Origin: Squalus acanthias
Lineage: Eukaryota
DNA: 64,000 nt
NCBI GenBank assembly: GCA_030390025.1
Contig: CM059432.1
Coordinates: 126,916,001 to 126,980,000, forward strand
Direction: 5' to 3'
Shown here piece after piece: positions 12,891-25,629 of this stretch (positions are counted from its first letter, which is position 1; every line of letters starts with the position of its first letter). Under the pieces are notes generated by a model that had not been told where the DNA came from, did not search any database, and saw nothing but the letters and a program-made list of their open reading frames with translations. The position numbers and the translations under genes were made by a program.

Positions 12891-15841
12891 TCATGTCCAA
12901 TTTCCTGCCCGCTCCCCGTAACCCCTAATTCCCTTTACTTCTAGGAAACTGTCTATTTCTGTTTTAAATTTATTTAATGATGTAGCTTCCACAGCTTCCT
13001 GGGGCAGCAAATTCCACAGACCTACTACCCTCTGAGTGAAGAAGTTTCTCCTCATCTCAGTTTTGAAAGAGCAGCCCCTTATTCTAAGATTATGCCCCCT
13101 AGTTCTAGTTTCACCCATCCTTGGGAACATCCTTACCGCATCCACCCGATCAAGCCCCTTCACAATCTTATATGTTTCAATAAGATCGCCTCTCACTCTT
13201 CTGAACTCCAATGAGTAGAGTCCCAATCTACTCAACCTCTCCTCGTATGTCCACCCCCTCATCCCGGGGATTAACCAAGTGAACCTTCTTTGTACTGCCT
13301 CGAGAGCAAGTATGTCTTTTCTTAAGTATGGACACCAAAACTGTATGCAGTATTCCAGATGCGGTCTCACCAATACCTTATATAACTGCAGCAATACCTC
13401 CCTGTTTTTATAATCTATCCCCCTAGCAATAAAAGCCAACATTCCGTTGGCCTTCTTGATCACCTGCTGCACCTGCATACTAACTTTTTGATTTTCTTGC
13501 ACTAGGACCCCCAGATCCCTTTGTACTGCAGTACTTTCCAGTTTCTCGCCATTAAGATAATAACTTGCTCTCTGATTTTTCCTGCCAAAGTGCATAACCT
13601 CACATTTTCCAATATTGTATTGCATCTGCCAAATCTCCGCCCACTCACCCAGCTTGTCTATATCCCCTTGTAGGTTTTTTATGTCCTCCTCACTTTCTAC
13701 TTTCCCTCCCATCTTTGTATCATCTGCAAACTTTGATATGTTACACTCGGTCCCCTCCTCCAAATCGTTAATATAGATTGTAAAGAGTTGGGGACCCAGC
13801 ACCGACCCCTGCGGAACACCACTGGCTACTGGTTGCCAGTCCGAGAATGAACCATTTATCCCAACTCTCTGCTTCCTGTTAGATAACCAATCCTCCACCC
13901 ATGCCAGAATATTCCCCCCAATCCAGTGATTTTTTATCTTGAGCAATAATCTTTTATGTGGCACCTTGTCGAATGCCTTCTGGAAGTCTAAATACACTAC
14001 GTCCATTGGTTCCCCTTTATCCACCCTATACGTTATGTCCTCAAAGAACTCAAGCAAATTTGTCAGACATGACTTCCCCTTCATAAAGCCATGCTGACTT
14101 TGTCCTATTAAATTATGTTTATCTAAATGTTCTGTTACTGTCTCCTTAATAATAGACTCCAAAATTTTACCCACCACAGATGTTAGACTAACTGGTCTAT
14201 AATTTCCAGCCTTCTGCCTACTACCCTTTTTAAATAAGGGTGTTACATTAGCAGTTTTCCAATCTGCCGGGACCTTTGCTGAGTCCAGGGAATTTTGGAA
14301 AATTATTACCAAAGCATCCACAATCCCTACTGCCACTTCCCTCAAGTCCCTAGGATGTAAGCCATCAGGTCCAGGGGATTTATCCGCCTTGAGTCCCATT
14401 ATTTTACTGAGTACCAATTCCTTAGTGATTTTAATCGTATTTAGCTCCTCCCCCCCTAGAGCCCCCTGTTTGTCCAGTGTTGGGATATTCTTAGGGTCCT
14501 CTACTGTAAAGACTGAAACAAAATATTTGTTCAGCATTTTTGCCATCTCCATGTTTCCCACCATTAATTTCCCGGTCTCATCCTCTAAGGGACCTACGTT
14601 TGCCTTAGCCACCCTTTTTCTTTTTATATAACTATAGAAACTCTTGCTATCTGTTTTTATATTTTTTGCTAATTTATTTTCATAATCTATCTTCCCTTTC
14701 TTAATCAATCCTTTAGTTACTTTTTGCTGTCTTTTGAAGACTTCCCAATCTTCTATCCTCCCACTAAGTTTGGCTACCTTATATGTCCTTGTTTTTAGTT
14801 GGATACTATCCTTAATTTCTTTACTTAGCCACGGATGGCTGTCATTTCTTTTACACCCTTTTTTCCTCAGTGGAATATATATTTTTTGAAAGTTGTAAAA
14901 TAACTCCTTAAATGAACACCACTGCTCATGTACCGTCTTACCCTTTAATCTATTTTCCCAGTCCACTTTAATCAATTCTGCTCTCATACCATCATAGTCT
15001 CCTTTATTCAAGCTCAGTACGCTTGTCTGAGAACCAACCTTCTCACCCTCTAATTGGATATGGAATTCAACCATGTTATGGTCACTCATTCCAAGGGGAT
15101 CCTTAACTCGGACATTATTAATTAATCCTGACTCATTACATAGGACCAGGTCCAAGGTTGCTTGCCCCCTTGTAGGATCAGTTACATACTGCTCAAGAAA
15201 TCCATCCCTAATACACTCAATAAACTCTTCCTCAAGGCTGCCCTGCCCAATTTGATTTGTCCAGTTAATATGATAGTTAAAATCCCCATAATTATAGCTG
15301 TTCCCTTATTACATGCCCCAACTATTTCCTGATTAATACTTCTTCCAGCAGAGTTGCAACTATTAGGAGGCCTATATACTACTCCCACTAGTGTTTTTTT
15401 CCCCTTATTATTCCTTATCTCCACCCAAACTGTTTCATTATCCTGATCCTTTGACCCAATATAATTTCTCTGTAATACAGTGATTCCTTCCTTTATTAAC
15501 ATAGCTACCCCACCTCCTCTTCCTTCCTGCCTGTCCTTCCTGATTGTTAAATACCCTGGCATATTTAATTCCCAGTTGTTGTCACCCTGCAGCCATGTTT
15601 CTGTAATGGCCACAAGATCATACCCATACGTAGTTATTTGTACCGTCAACTCGTCTATTTTGTTACGAATGCTGCGTGCATTCAGATAAAGAACTTTTAA
15701 ATATGTTTTGTGACAATTTATTCCTGCTTTTACCCCCTTTACTACTTTACCTTTATCTTTATATATTCTGTCCCTTCCTGACACGCTCTGGTTTTTAATT
15801 ACCCCACTGCTACTTTGCTCTATTGCCTTCTCCGCTGACAT
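12891..15841 (-). CDS. CR1 ORF2 (APE endonuclease + reverse transcriptase), frameshift near 15285 in the GDFN motif
   Basis: ORF 15182-15841: [22 protein letters not shown] 12891-15155 (754 aa): SDHN, KSPGPDG, QHGF, DFQKAFDKV, GVPQGS, FADDTK. Confidence 0.92.
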
Positions 15842-15879
15842 TTTTATTTTTTGCTCTCTTGAAACCTCCCCCCCACTAA

Positions 15880-16836
15880 TTAGTTTAAAGCCCTCTCTAC
15901 AGCCCTAGTTATTCGATTCGCCAGGACTCTAGTCCCAGCACTGGCCAAGTGAAGTCCGTCCCAACGGAACAGCTCTCTCCTGTCCCAGTACTGGTGCCAG
16001 TGTCCCAGGAAGCAAAACCCATTTCTCCCACACCAGTCTTTGAGCCACGCATTTAACTCTCTGATTTTATTTACCCTAGCCAAATTTGCTCGTGGCTCAG
16101 GTAGTAATCCAGAGATTACTACCCTAGAGGTTCTGTTTTTTAATTTGGCCCCTAGCTGCTCATACTCCCTCAGCAGAACCTCATTCCTTGTCCTATCTAT
16201 GTCGTTGGTACCAACATGGACCACGACAACTGGATCTTCCCCCTCCCACTCCAAGTTTCTCTCCAGCCCAGAGGAGATGTCCTTAACGCTGGCACCGGGC
16301 AGGCAACACAGCCTTCGGGACTCTTGCTCTCGGCTGCAAAGAACCCTATCTATCCCCTTAATGATACTATCCCCTACCACTACAACATTTCTTTTTACTC
16401 CCCCCACTTGAATGGCCCCCCGTTCCACGGTGCTGTGGCCAGGTTGCTCATCCTCCCTGCAGTCCCTGCTCCCGTCCTCACAGGGAGTAAGAGCCTCGAA
16501 CCTGTTGGACAAGAGCAAGGGCTGCGGCTCCTCCAACACTACCTCCTGGATCCCCGTACCTGCCTCACTCGTAGTCACACCCTCCTGTCCCTGATCACGG
16601 GCTACATCTGAATTAGTTAATCTAATTGGTGTGACTACCTCCTGGAACACAGAGTCCAGGTAACTCTCTCCCTCCCTGATGTGTCGCAGTGTTTGAAGCT
16701 CGGACTCCAGCTCATCAACATGGAGCCGGAGTTCCTCGAGCAGCCAACACTTACTGCAAATGTGATCACCGTGAACATCAATGGTGTCCCCCAGCTCCCA
16801 CATATTGCAGCAGTAACACATCACCTGCTCTCCCAT
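15880..16836 (-). CDS. CR1 ORF1: N-terminal Cys cluster and leucine zipper plus SGNH/GDSL esterase domain
   Basis: CYCC...CSKC, heptad leucines, VVGDS, PGA, HVGTND, DGLH; open 318-aa frame. Confidence 0.92.
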   Translation of the reverse strand: MGEQVMCYCCNMWELGDTIDVHGDHICSKCWLLEELRLHVDELESELQTLRHIREGESYLDSVFQEVVTPIRLTNSDVARDQGQEGVTTSEAGTGIQEVVLEEPQPLLLSNRFEALTPCEDGSRDCREDEQPGHSTVERGAIQVGGVKRNVVVVGDSIIKGIDRVLCSREQESRRLCCLPGASVKDISSGLERNLEWEGEDPVVVVHVGTNDIDRTRNEVLLREYEQLGAKLKNRTSRVVISGLLPEPRANLARVNKIRELNAWLKDWCGRNGFCFLGHWHQYWDRRELFRWDGLHLASAGTRVLANRITRAVERALN

Positions 16837-16905
16837 TCTATGTAATTAATTAAATTTATTAATATTATTTACCCTTTAATTAATTTAAATTAAAACAATA
16901 CACTT

Positions 16906-17498
16906 CTGTGACAGTTTGATCTGAGTCTCTTCACTCCGTCCTGACAGTTTGATCTGAGTCTCCTCACTCCGTCCTGTGACAGTTTGATCTGAGTCTCTTC
17001 ACTCTCCGTCCTGTGACAGTTTGATCTGAGTCTCCTCACTCTCCGTCCTGTGACAGTTTGATCTGAGTCTCTTCACTCTCCGTCCTGTGACAGTTTGATC
17101 TGAGTCTCTTCACTCTCCGTCTTGTGACAGTTTGATCTGAGTCTCCTCACTCCATCCTGTGACAGTTTGATCTGAGTCTCCTCACTCCGTCCTGTGACAG
17201 TTTGATCTGAGTCTCCTCACTCTCCGTCCTATGACAGTTTGATCTGAGTCTCTTCACTCTCCGTCTTGTGACAGTTTGATCTGAGTCTCCTCACTCTGTC
17301 CTGTGACTGTTTGATCTGAGTCTCTTCACTCTCCGTCCTGTGACAGTTTGATCTGAGTCTCTTCACTCTCCGTCCTGTGACAGTTTGATCTGAGTCTCTT
17401 CACTCTCCGTCCTGTGACAGTTTGATCTGAGTCTCTTCACTCTCCGTCCTGTGACAGTTTGATCTGAGTCTCCTCACTCCGTCCTGTGACAGTTTGAT
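16906..17498. repeat. Tandem array of about 16 units of 35/37 bp at the CR1 5' end
   Basis: Unit ctgtgacagtttgatctgagtctc(t/c)tcact(ct)ccgtc, about 70 bp upstream of the ORF1 start. Confidence 0.95.
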
Positions 17499-18059
17499 GG
17501 CTCATCCTTTGACTCTGTTTCCATTAACTTGGAGTCTGTCATTTCCTTCACTATTCCTTCTCCATATCAATGACTTACTTTATTTTTCATTTTTCTTGAT
17601 GATTCCCCTCTATATTCATCAATGTTCTTCATATTACGTGTCCTCTGCTCATAATCTTGGAGCGCAATGGCTGAATCACTACTTCTTGATCTCTCCATGT
17701 ACTAAAAATCAGTTTCTTTAAATTCCTCAACAATGTATTTTCCTGATGGCTCTCAGCTCAGTAGTCGAACAAATAGCTGCTAGCACTTACATCAGATGGC
17801 TTCGCCTTTAGTGATTCTTCATTTATTTCCATTCTTGGCCTCATTATCTCCTCTGACCTCAAGCGGAACTTCCACATCTCATTCTTTGCTAAAATTGGCT
17901 TCTTCTTTGTCCTTGACATCTCCACAAAGTCCAATTCTGTCCAAGGCTTCAATAATGCTCGTGTAACTGAATAGGATCTTCTAGCACCTTTCTCACACTC
18001 TTGCACACAATACCGGGACAAATCTTGATAGCTAATAGACAATTCATCTTTCCGCTCTA

Positions 18060-18870
18060 CAACAACAACAACTTGCATTTATATCGCGCCTTTAACTTAG
18101 TAAAACGTCCCAAGGCATTTCACAGGAGCGTTATCAGACAAAATTTGATACAGAGCCACATAAAGCCACATAATACTAAGAGAGATGACCAATAGCTTGG
18201 TCAAAGAGGTAGGCTTTAAGGAGCATCATAAAGGAGGAGAGATAGGCAAGGAGTTTTAGAGAGGGAATTCCAGAGTTTAGGGCCTGGACCGTTGAAGGCA
18301 CGGTCACCAATGGAAGGGCGAAGGAAATCGGGATGCGCAAGAGACCAGAATTGGAGGAACGCAGAACTCTCAGAGGTTTGTAGGCAATGTTCCACCTAAT
18401 TATTTTTTGGCTGCATCTTCCCTTTAATGGTCTTTGCGGCCCATTCAATGTTCCACGCATGCGCAAAATTTCACATTTGAAAAGCCGGTCCCGGGCTGCG
18501 CAGGACCGGCAGACAGCTACGAGGCCGCTCGGCTGCACAGCTTAGAGGGAACGTTGGTTGTAAGGCTGGAGGAGGTTACAGAGATAGGGAGGGGCGAGGC
18601 CATGGAGAGATCTGAACACAAGAATGAGAATTTGAAAATTGAGGCATTGCAGGACCGGGAGCCAATGTAGGTCAGCGAGCACAGGGGTGATGGGTGAACG
18701 GGACTTGGTGCGAGTCAGGTTATGAGCAGCAGAGTTTTAGATGAGCTCAAGTTTACGGAGGGTGGAAGATGGGAGGCCGGTCAGGAGAGCATTGGAATAG
18801 TCGAGTCTGGATGTAACAAAGGTACAGATGAGGGCTTCAGCAGAAGATGAGCTGAGGCAGGGGAGATAGC
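18060..18870 (-). mobile_element. L2 LINE 3' fragment
   Basis: (aac)n tail, ggcgcgatataaatgcaagt end on -, LRSSNSG and LKAYLFDQA remnants. Confidence 0.85.
18385..18556. mobile_element. 172-bp hAT-like MITE inside L2
   Basis: TIR caatgttcc(a)cctaa / ttagagggaacgttg; imperfect 8-bp TSD tttgtagg / gttgtaag. Confidence 0.65.
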
Positions 18871-19672
18871 CTGATAGGGCTGAGCAGATAGCCTGAACCT
18901 CTCTCTCCATCAAGACATTTCATATCTTTCTCCATTTGATCAATACTATTGTGCTCAGTGTTCTTCTGAAATGTTGTCTCTTGTTCCTTCCAAGCTCCAT
19001 ATATGCCATTCAATATGCTCTTCCTCCAACCTACACCCCACTACTGAGATTCAACATGTCTCCTATTCTAACTTTTTTGTTCCCAGGACAAAACTATGGC
19101 GCTCATTACCTCTCCCAGTGATCCCTTCCACCTATGATCTTTTACTTTAAAAACCAAGATTAGGGGTCACCTAATCACTACTTCTTGATTTACCTTATCT
19201 TCTGTTTTATTCTTTTTAACCTTAGTGTTCTGCACTATAACATTGGCCCTTCACCTTGGTTTATATGAGCAAGAACTTCCCTTACGTGTTAGATGATGGC
19301 AGATCATTGTGGACAAAATAGGGAGATGGCAATATTTTATTTCACATCATTTTGAAATAGCTGGAGCTAAAACAGAAGCTATGTCCAGAATTATTACCGT
19401 GGAGTCGGGTCGGGTGCGTGCGGGCCGCGTAGCGGGTTGGGAATGTAATGTTCTGCTCAGCATGTTCTTCAGGGCGACTTTCACTTAATGGCCCCACTTA
19501 AAGCAGTATTGCGTGTTTCCCGGCCCAATTAATGGAGCAGGTCTGATGACATCATTGATGACTCGTTTCCAGCGCCGATATTTAAAGCAGCCTTGCACTC
19601 AACTCATTTGAAGGTTGCTAGAGGAGGGTGGAACCTGACAAACAAAGGGCTGAGTACTGTTCTAAACCAGCA

Positions 19673-21520
19673 ATGATGGATAGTCAAAGGCAGAGGGCTG
19701 CACCACAGTTTACAGATGCATTGCTGTACACTCTGGTGCAGGCAGTCAGAGCACACAGGGAGGTCCTCTTCCCTGCTGATAGGCGAAGGAGACCTCCAAA
19801 AGAGACCAAAAGAGCCTGGCTGGATACAGCTGAGGAGGTCAGCAGCAGGGATGTGGTGAGGAGGACCTGGATCCAGTGCAGGAAACAATTCAATGATTTC
19901 ATGAGGTCAGGAAAGGTGAGTGAAATGCCGCACTCACCTTCATCCTGATGTGCCCCATCACTCTGCCTTCCCAAGCCTACTCCTGCACATCATTCCTCAC
20001 ACCAACAGACCTTCCAGGTCCACCCATCCCTCTCTCTCTTTGTACATACTCACATCCCCATCTGACTAACCACCCCTGACACTCACCCTAATCCTAAAGC
20101 AATCATAGCAAGTAACACCACAGAAGGAGGCCGTTTGGCATTGGCAACCCACTCCCTCATAGTCACCCTCTACAGATGTAACCCACACAATCCTTACACT
20201 CATTCCATCACTCTCACTCAAACTTCTCTTCTTTCCCTCCTTGCAGGAAGAGCCCAGAACACACGGGAGAGACAGAGAACTGGAGGTGGCCCTCCAGTCT
20301 TCACACTACCAACACCAGCAGAGGAGGGGGCTCTGGAGATCTCGGGAGTTGGAGAGATGCTGGCAGTGGGAGACGGAGAGAGGGGGACATCCCAGCAACC
20401 TGGTGACAGAATTACATCTCATACAACCACATGACATACATCAGTCACTCATATGGTGACTGATGTCAGCAGCCAGTGAAATGCCATCATGTGCATAATG
20501 GTAATGTTACCCATTCTTATTATAACACTTCTAATTCATTTCTTTACTCTCCCACAGTTTTCATCAAGTGCCCCCCCCCCCCCCCCCCCCCCGCCCACTG
20601 TCCGGCTGGAGGAGGAAGACGACTCCTCAGAGGAGCCTCCAGCCTCTGAGGGTGCACAGTCACCAGACCCAAGTGCACCCAGCAACAGTGCAGATACGCA
20701 CACCTCGGTGGGTCCTGTACACCATCGAGCAGAGTTGTCACCTGGTGTCTCACGCATCACAAGTGAGCAAGAGGAGATGGTGGAGACAGGGACGGCAGTG
20801 GAGACTCCTCGCCGGAGGGCGCAGGACACTCCCAGCTCTGCTGAGCTGCATGCAGACGCTGAGCCTCGGGGGCCATCGAGAAAGAGGGTGATCCTGGAGG
20901 GGCAGCAAGTGCAGGAGGCTCTGGCATCTTTTGCAGCCGCGATGTCTGCAATTGTGCAGAGAATGGAGGAGTCCATCTCCAACATGAGCACCACCATGTC
21001 GCAGGCGATGGCGACGATGTGCTGCTCCATGGAAAGGCTGGCCACCTGCATGGAGCAGCAAATACACCAGTCACATGAGCACATGCTAGCTGTGGACAAC
21101 AGATGGCAGGCGCTCAGAGACCTCTTCTCTAGGAGGGATATAAACCTAGACTTGGGCGTTCATTGTCCCACTGCTGTGCAGCAAGCCTTGTTACCAGGGA
21201 ATTGTGGGGGGCCCATGAAAGGGATGGTGGTGAGAGGGGACATGGAAGTGGAGGCTCTTCTTAAAGCGCTCACACTTCTCCCCTGTTGCCTCCCCCTCAG
21301 TCAGAGCCCCAGATGCCTCCTCAGATTCCGATGGCCAAGTCTGCCCCTGCTCTGTTGCAGGAGGAGCAGACTTTGGCGGGGCCATCACAGGCTCCAAAAC
21401 CCAGAGGACGTCCGCCAAAAGTGTCAAACTAGTCGCAGCAGGGAAGTGAGCAGCCTGCCTCTACCTCTGCTGTAGGGGCTGCACCTCAAAGAAGCACTCG
21501 GAAAAGAAAAATTAGACAAA
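19673..21520 (+). pseudogene. Harbinger Myb/SANT-like gene; exons 19673-19915, 20247-20402, 20558-~21520
   Basis: RAAPQFTDALL...AW...RTWIQCRKQFND; aag|gtgagt, ttgcag|, ctg|gtgaca, cacag| splice sites; indels present. Confidence 0.85.
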
Positions 21521-21824
21521 AGTAGATGGACACGGGTATGCATATGGGTGTATGAAAAATGTTAGTGTTAAGTTTCAGTTATTTTGATGACACACATAAA
21601 TGTATTTCTTTGCACCACTTTCTGGTTTTGTCCATCTTTGCCTGCTATCTTGGAAGTTGCTTTGCCACTTGGATTGAATGGTGAGACATTACTTAACCTC
21701 GAGCACTGGGGCTTTGGGTGAGAGGAATGGCTTGTTCATTGTAGTGATGCTTTATGGTGTTGTTGGGGGGAGGGGGGATCTTAGTACAGCATGTGGCAGC
21801 CATGTGGCTGCATTGGAACAAGTT

Positions 21825-23035
21825 AAGTAAATCTGGCCATGATGAGGTCATCCCGGGCCTCCCGGGCAGCAATGTGCGCCGCTGCTGGTGCCATCTCCAC
21901 CTCAGGTTCATCCTCCTCCTCCTCCTCCTCTTCCATCTGCTCCTCCTCCTCCTCCTCGGAAGAGACTGTGCACTCTGTACCTTGCTCCTCCTGCAGCTCC
22001 AATCCTCACTGCTGCACTATGCTGTGCAGTGCGCAGCAGACAACAGTGATTCTGGAGACCTGGCTGATACGTACTGAAGGGCTCCTCCAGATCTGTCAAG
22101 GCATCTGAAGCGCATCTTCAGTATGCCAATTGTTTGCTCTATGACACATCCAGTGGAGATGTGGCTCTCATTATAACGCTCCTCGGCCTCAGTACTTGGC
22201 CTCCTCAGGGGTGTCATGAGCCACCTCTTCAGTGGATAGCCCTTGTCTCCAAGCAGCCAGCCGGTAAGTCTGTTTGGAAGTGTGAAGAACTGAGGGAGGG
22301 TGGACTAGCGCAGAATGAAAGAGTCAGGACAGCTCCCTGGGAATCTGGCATATACATGCATAATCATCGTTTTATGGTTGCAGATGAGCTGCACATTGAG
22401 GGAGTGGAAGCCCTTGCGGTTCACAAACACTCCTGGGTGATGATGGGGTGCCTCCATGGCCACATGTGTGCAGTTGATGACGCCCTGCACCTGTGGGAAG
22501 TCAGCCAGAGCTGCAAAGCCGAGCGCCTGCTCAGTAACACTGGCTTCATCAGTGGCAAAGTTGATATAATTGGCTGACTTGTGAAACATGGCATCGGTCA
22601 CCTGGGTGATGCATTGTGGGTGGCCAATTGTGAGATGCCGCGAGTGTCTGCTGCAGATCCCTGGAAGGAGCCTGAGGCGAAGAAGTTGAGGGCGGCGGTG
22701 ACTTTGACAGCCACTGGTAAGGAGTGTCCACCAGGACCTCTGGGCTGCAGATCTTGTTCCAGCAAGCTACAAATGTCCGTGACGACCTGGCGCGATAGCC
22801 TGAGCCTCCTAATGCACTGCTGCTTAGTCATGTTGAGGAAGCTCATCCTCTGCCTGTATACCCTGTGTTGGGGGTATCGCCTCCGGCACGGTGCAGCCCT
22901 GTGGTGCCCCCCTCTCTCCTGTGGAGCATCAGGCCATTGAGAAGAAGGCTGCTGGTGTGGCTGCTGCTGCTGGTGGTGGGGCTCATCTTGGTCCGAGGCT
23001 GAGATCCAAGGTGAGACAGTATAAGCAGCACCCAT
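21825..23035 (-). pseudogene. Harbinger DDE transposase (frameshifts and stops)
   Basis: [51 protein letters not shown]. Confidence 0.92.
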
Positions 23036-24476
23036 GCTGATGTAGTAGATGGCAAGTGGAAATCAGAGGGCCAATCCCTCAATGTTGTGATAGTGAGTAG
23101 CAATGTGGTGAGAGTGGCTTCCGAGGTTTCAGAAATGACCTGCAAACTGCAGACACCCAAATCTGTGGACAAAATGGAGTGAGCAAGAGCCTTTCCATGA
23201 GGCAAGAAATGAGATGTAATGTTGCAGTGTTTATGTGCTTTTCCCAGCTCTCAATGAATGAACTCGCCAATGGCCTTGAGCTTCCGCCTCCCCTTCGCAG
23301 GCGAGGTACCCGAGCTCCGTGAATCCCGTGCTCCTGTAGTAAAAGTCAAAGCTGGCATTAAAAACCCTCTTCAGGGTCTCTCAACAAGCATTTAATAACT
23401 TCAATGAGGTCGCCCGCCTCTGCCGATCAGGTCCATGTCGCGCCTTCAAAGCCGCCTGAGTTAAATGCGCGAGGTGGCGGGATGAGGGCGGGTTCCCGAT
23501 GCACTTGCTATTTCCGGGATTTTTACTGCCGACCCGTTCCCCCAAACCCGCACGCTCGGCAATGGGAAAATTCCGGCCTATATTTCCTTATTAATTACAA
23601 AATGAAGGCCAGGAAACTACTTGTCTTTGGGGCCAGACCGAGAAGATTATCAGGATACAGGGCATTGCATCTTAGGTGCACAATAATTTGTACATGGTCA
23701 AGGCAATATCAGGCACTCTACTCCAGATGACACGTGAGCACTTGCTTATTAATATTCAATACAATAATTCTTACTTACAATATGTCTTTAATCATGAATG
23801 ATTGACAGATCAAGGGATCTTTGGACTGGGTAAGTACCAATAGGTTTTAGTTTTGGCTAAAATCTAAATTCTGTAGGTAAACTGAAATTTGCGTCAGCTA
23901 TATACAACATCACAACTGGAAGATCTACCAAGAGACAAACCTGTTTCATCTTATCTTGTCGCTTGTAGACTGTGTGAGAAATACGTTCCAAAAAGGGAAT
24001 TTTACCCTCTTATGGACTGATTCCAATATTATTGTTTTTAGTATTGTGCTGATTCATATTTTGCTGTATTACTTAGCTTCTGTATGTTAATTAACTTGCA
24101 AATAAGTTGTTTGAGTCTAGGGGTGTCCAACATGTGGGCCAACCACCTCTGATTTTATCTGGCCCACGCAGTCCTGCCTTTTGGATTTTCCTTTCATGAG
24201 AAGCACTCACCTCTGAAAAAACGCACCAGAAGACCCCAGATCTGCCAATGGGGTCATTGGAATTTCAAAAGAAAATCACAGACACATGCCTCCCGCTCCC
24301 AGCATCACTGCTCGTCTCCTTGAATCAGACCTGCATGAGGAATTCACAGTGTTGGAGGTCCTGACTGAAAGAGGAGAGCAGCACTGTTAGGAGTGAGAGA
24401 CGCCTGTCAGTCTAATGGGCATTAGATGAGAAAGCCGGGTACCACTGTCTGTGATCTGCTTAATTCCCACAAACAA

Positions 24477-24593
24477 GTCTGAACCTGCGGTTCCTCTCGT
24501 ACTGAGCAGGATTACTATTGCAACAAGACCTCAGCATTAGGGTAAAACTAGCCTGTCTCATGGCGGTCTAATCCCAGCTCACATTTCCTATTA
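24477..24593 (-). pseudogene. Isolated 28S rRNA fragment (~117 bp) including the sarcin-ricin loop
   Basis: Minus strand reads gagctgggattagaccgccatgagacaggctagttttaccct...ctcagtacgagaggaaccgcaggttcagac, matching conserved LSU rRNA 3' sequence with several substitutions. Confidence 0.88.
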
Positions 24594-25629
24594 TCAGCTG
24601 TTTCTGTTGCTAGTTTTTCACAGGTGAATGTTTTTCATTAATGACACTCACCCCACCTCATGAATCTGTGTCTTTGTGCTGGGACTGAGATCAGCAAGGA
24701 TGTTATTCCACCTTGGATCAACTGACTGATCCAGGCTCACAAAGGCTTAGCTTGGAAATGCCAGCACCTTGCCCCTCCAATAGGCTGCACATCCCACAGA
24801 AGGCCACTAGCCAGGGGACTCTAAGTCATTGGCCTCTAACATTTCCAAAGTATCTTTAATCCATTATTTGATTGTACTTCACAATTCAGCAAGGTTTGCA
24901 CGAACATCTGAAAGATCAATATCTACAAGGGAATGGTTAGCCTCCCCATTTTCATCAACAGGCTGGTTCAATATCTATCAATGGTATTAAATAGCATGAA
25001 AAAGCTGATCTACAATCATTAAACAGTTATGATGTTAGCTGATCATCTGTATAATCCCTACTGCTGGTCTAATTGTAAAATAAAACATTCTCTAACAATT
25101 TATGTGACATCCCCTTTCTTTCCAGAATCTTTTACAACAAATCAATATGAAAATTGTTAAAAGGCTTTTGCAAAATCAATAAATTATATCATAAATGATT
25201 GATTGTGCTCATTTATTCTTCTTAGAGTGAGAACTTAGTCAATCTCCTGGTTTACTCCTGCCTGTTCCTTCTAACTCTTATTTTGTTTGTGATCTTGTAT
25301 TCTTTCGAGCACACAAATATTCAGGCTACTGTCTGTATAGTTCTGAAAATAAATAATTTTAATTAAAAAAGCACCAACCTCTCTGGGCCCCTGCTGGGTG
25401 CTCAGGAAGCACAGCTACTGGATGAGCTGTGTCTTAGAGGGGAGGACTGCCCACAATCTTACTGGCCCGGACCATTTGCATAACCCACATAGTCAGCCCA
25501 CACCCCCACCCCGCCATGCATGAGATCAGTGGGAAGAAATAGGAGTGTAGCCATAGGCATGAGAGGCCTGCAGCTATGCTCAGGCTGATGGCAATGGGGT
25601 ATTTCGGCTGCCAGCCAGAAGGCCCTTAT

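Larger units (their letters stand above)
12689..17498 (-). mobile_element. Near full-length, young CR1 LINE (5' tandem monomers, ORF1, ORF2, duplicated 3' UTR)
   Basis: Open ORF1; ORF2 broken by apparently one frameshift; (cataagaa)n tail; tgat at both junctions. Confidence 0.95.
17499..19200 (+). mobile_element. Highly degraded ancient LINE RT/3' remnant, interrupted by L2
   Basis: LFLLHINDL-like RT remnant near 17550; LINE C-terminus-like remnants near 19070-19160. Confidence 0.4.
19383..23578. mobile_element. PIF/Harbinger transposon copy 2 (complete structure, inactivated)
   Basis: Myb-like gene on +, transposase on -, right TIR gggaaaattccggcc, degraded left TIR gtccagaatt. Confidence 0.9.

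Noticed and set aside
16906..17498. CRISPR-like array of ~36-bp repeats
   Set aside because: Units are contiguous with no unique spacers, no cas genes, and the context is a eukaryotic LINE.
24118..24175. hAT-like terminus ggggtgtccaac
   Set aside because: No matching opposite TIR or TSD found.
24477..24593. Functional rRNA gene
   Set aside because: Only ~117 bp, mutated, with no flanking rDNA.
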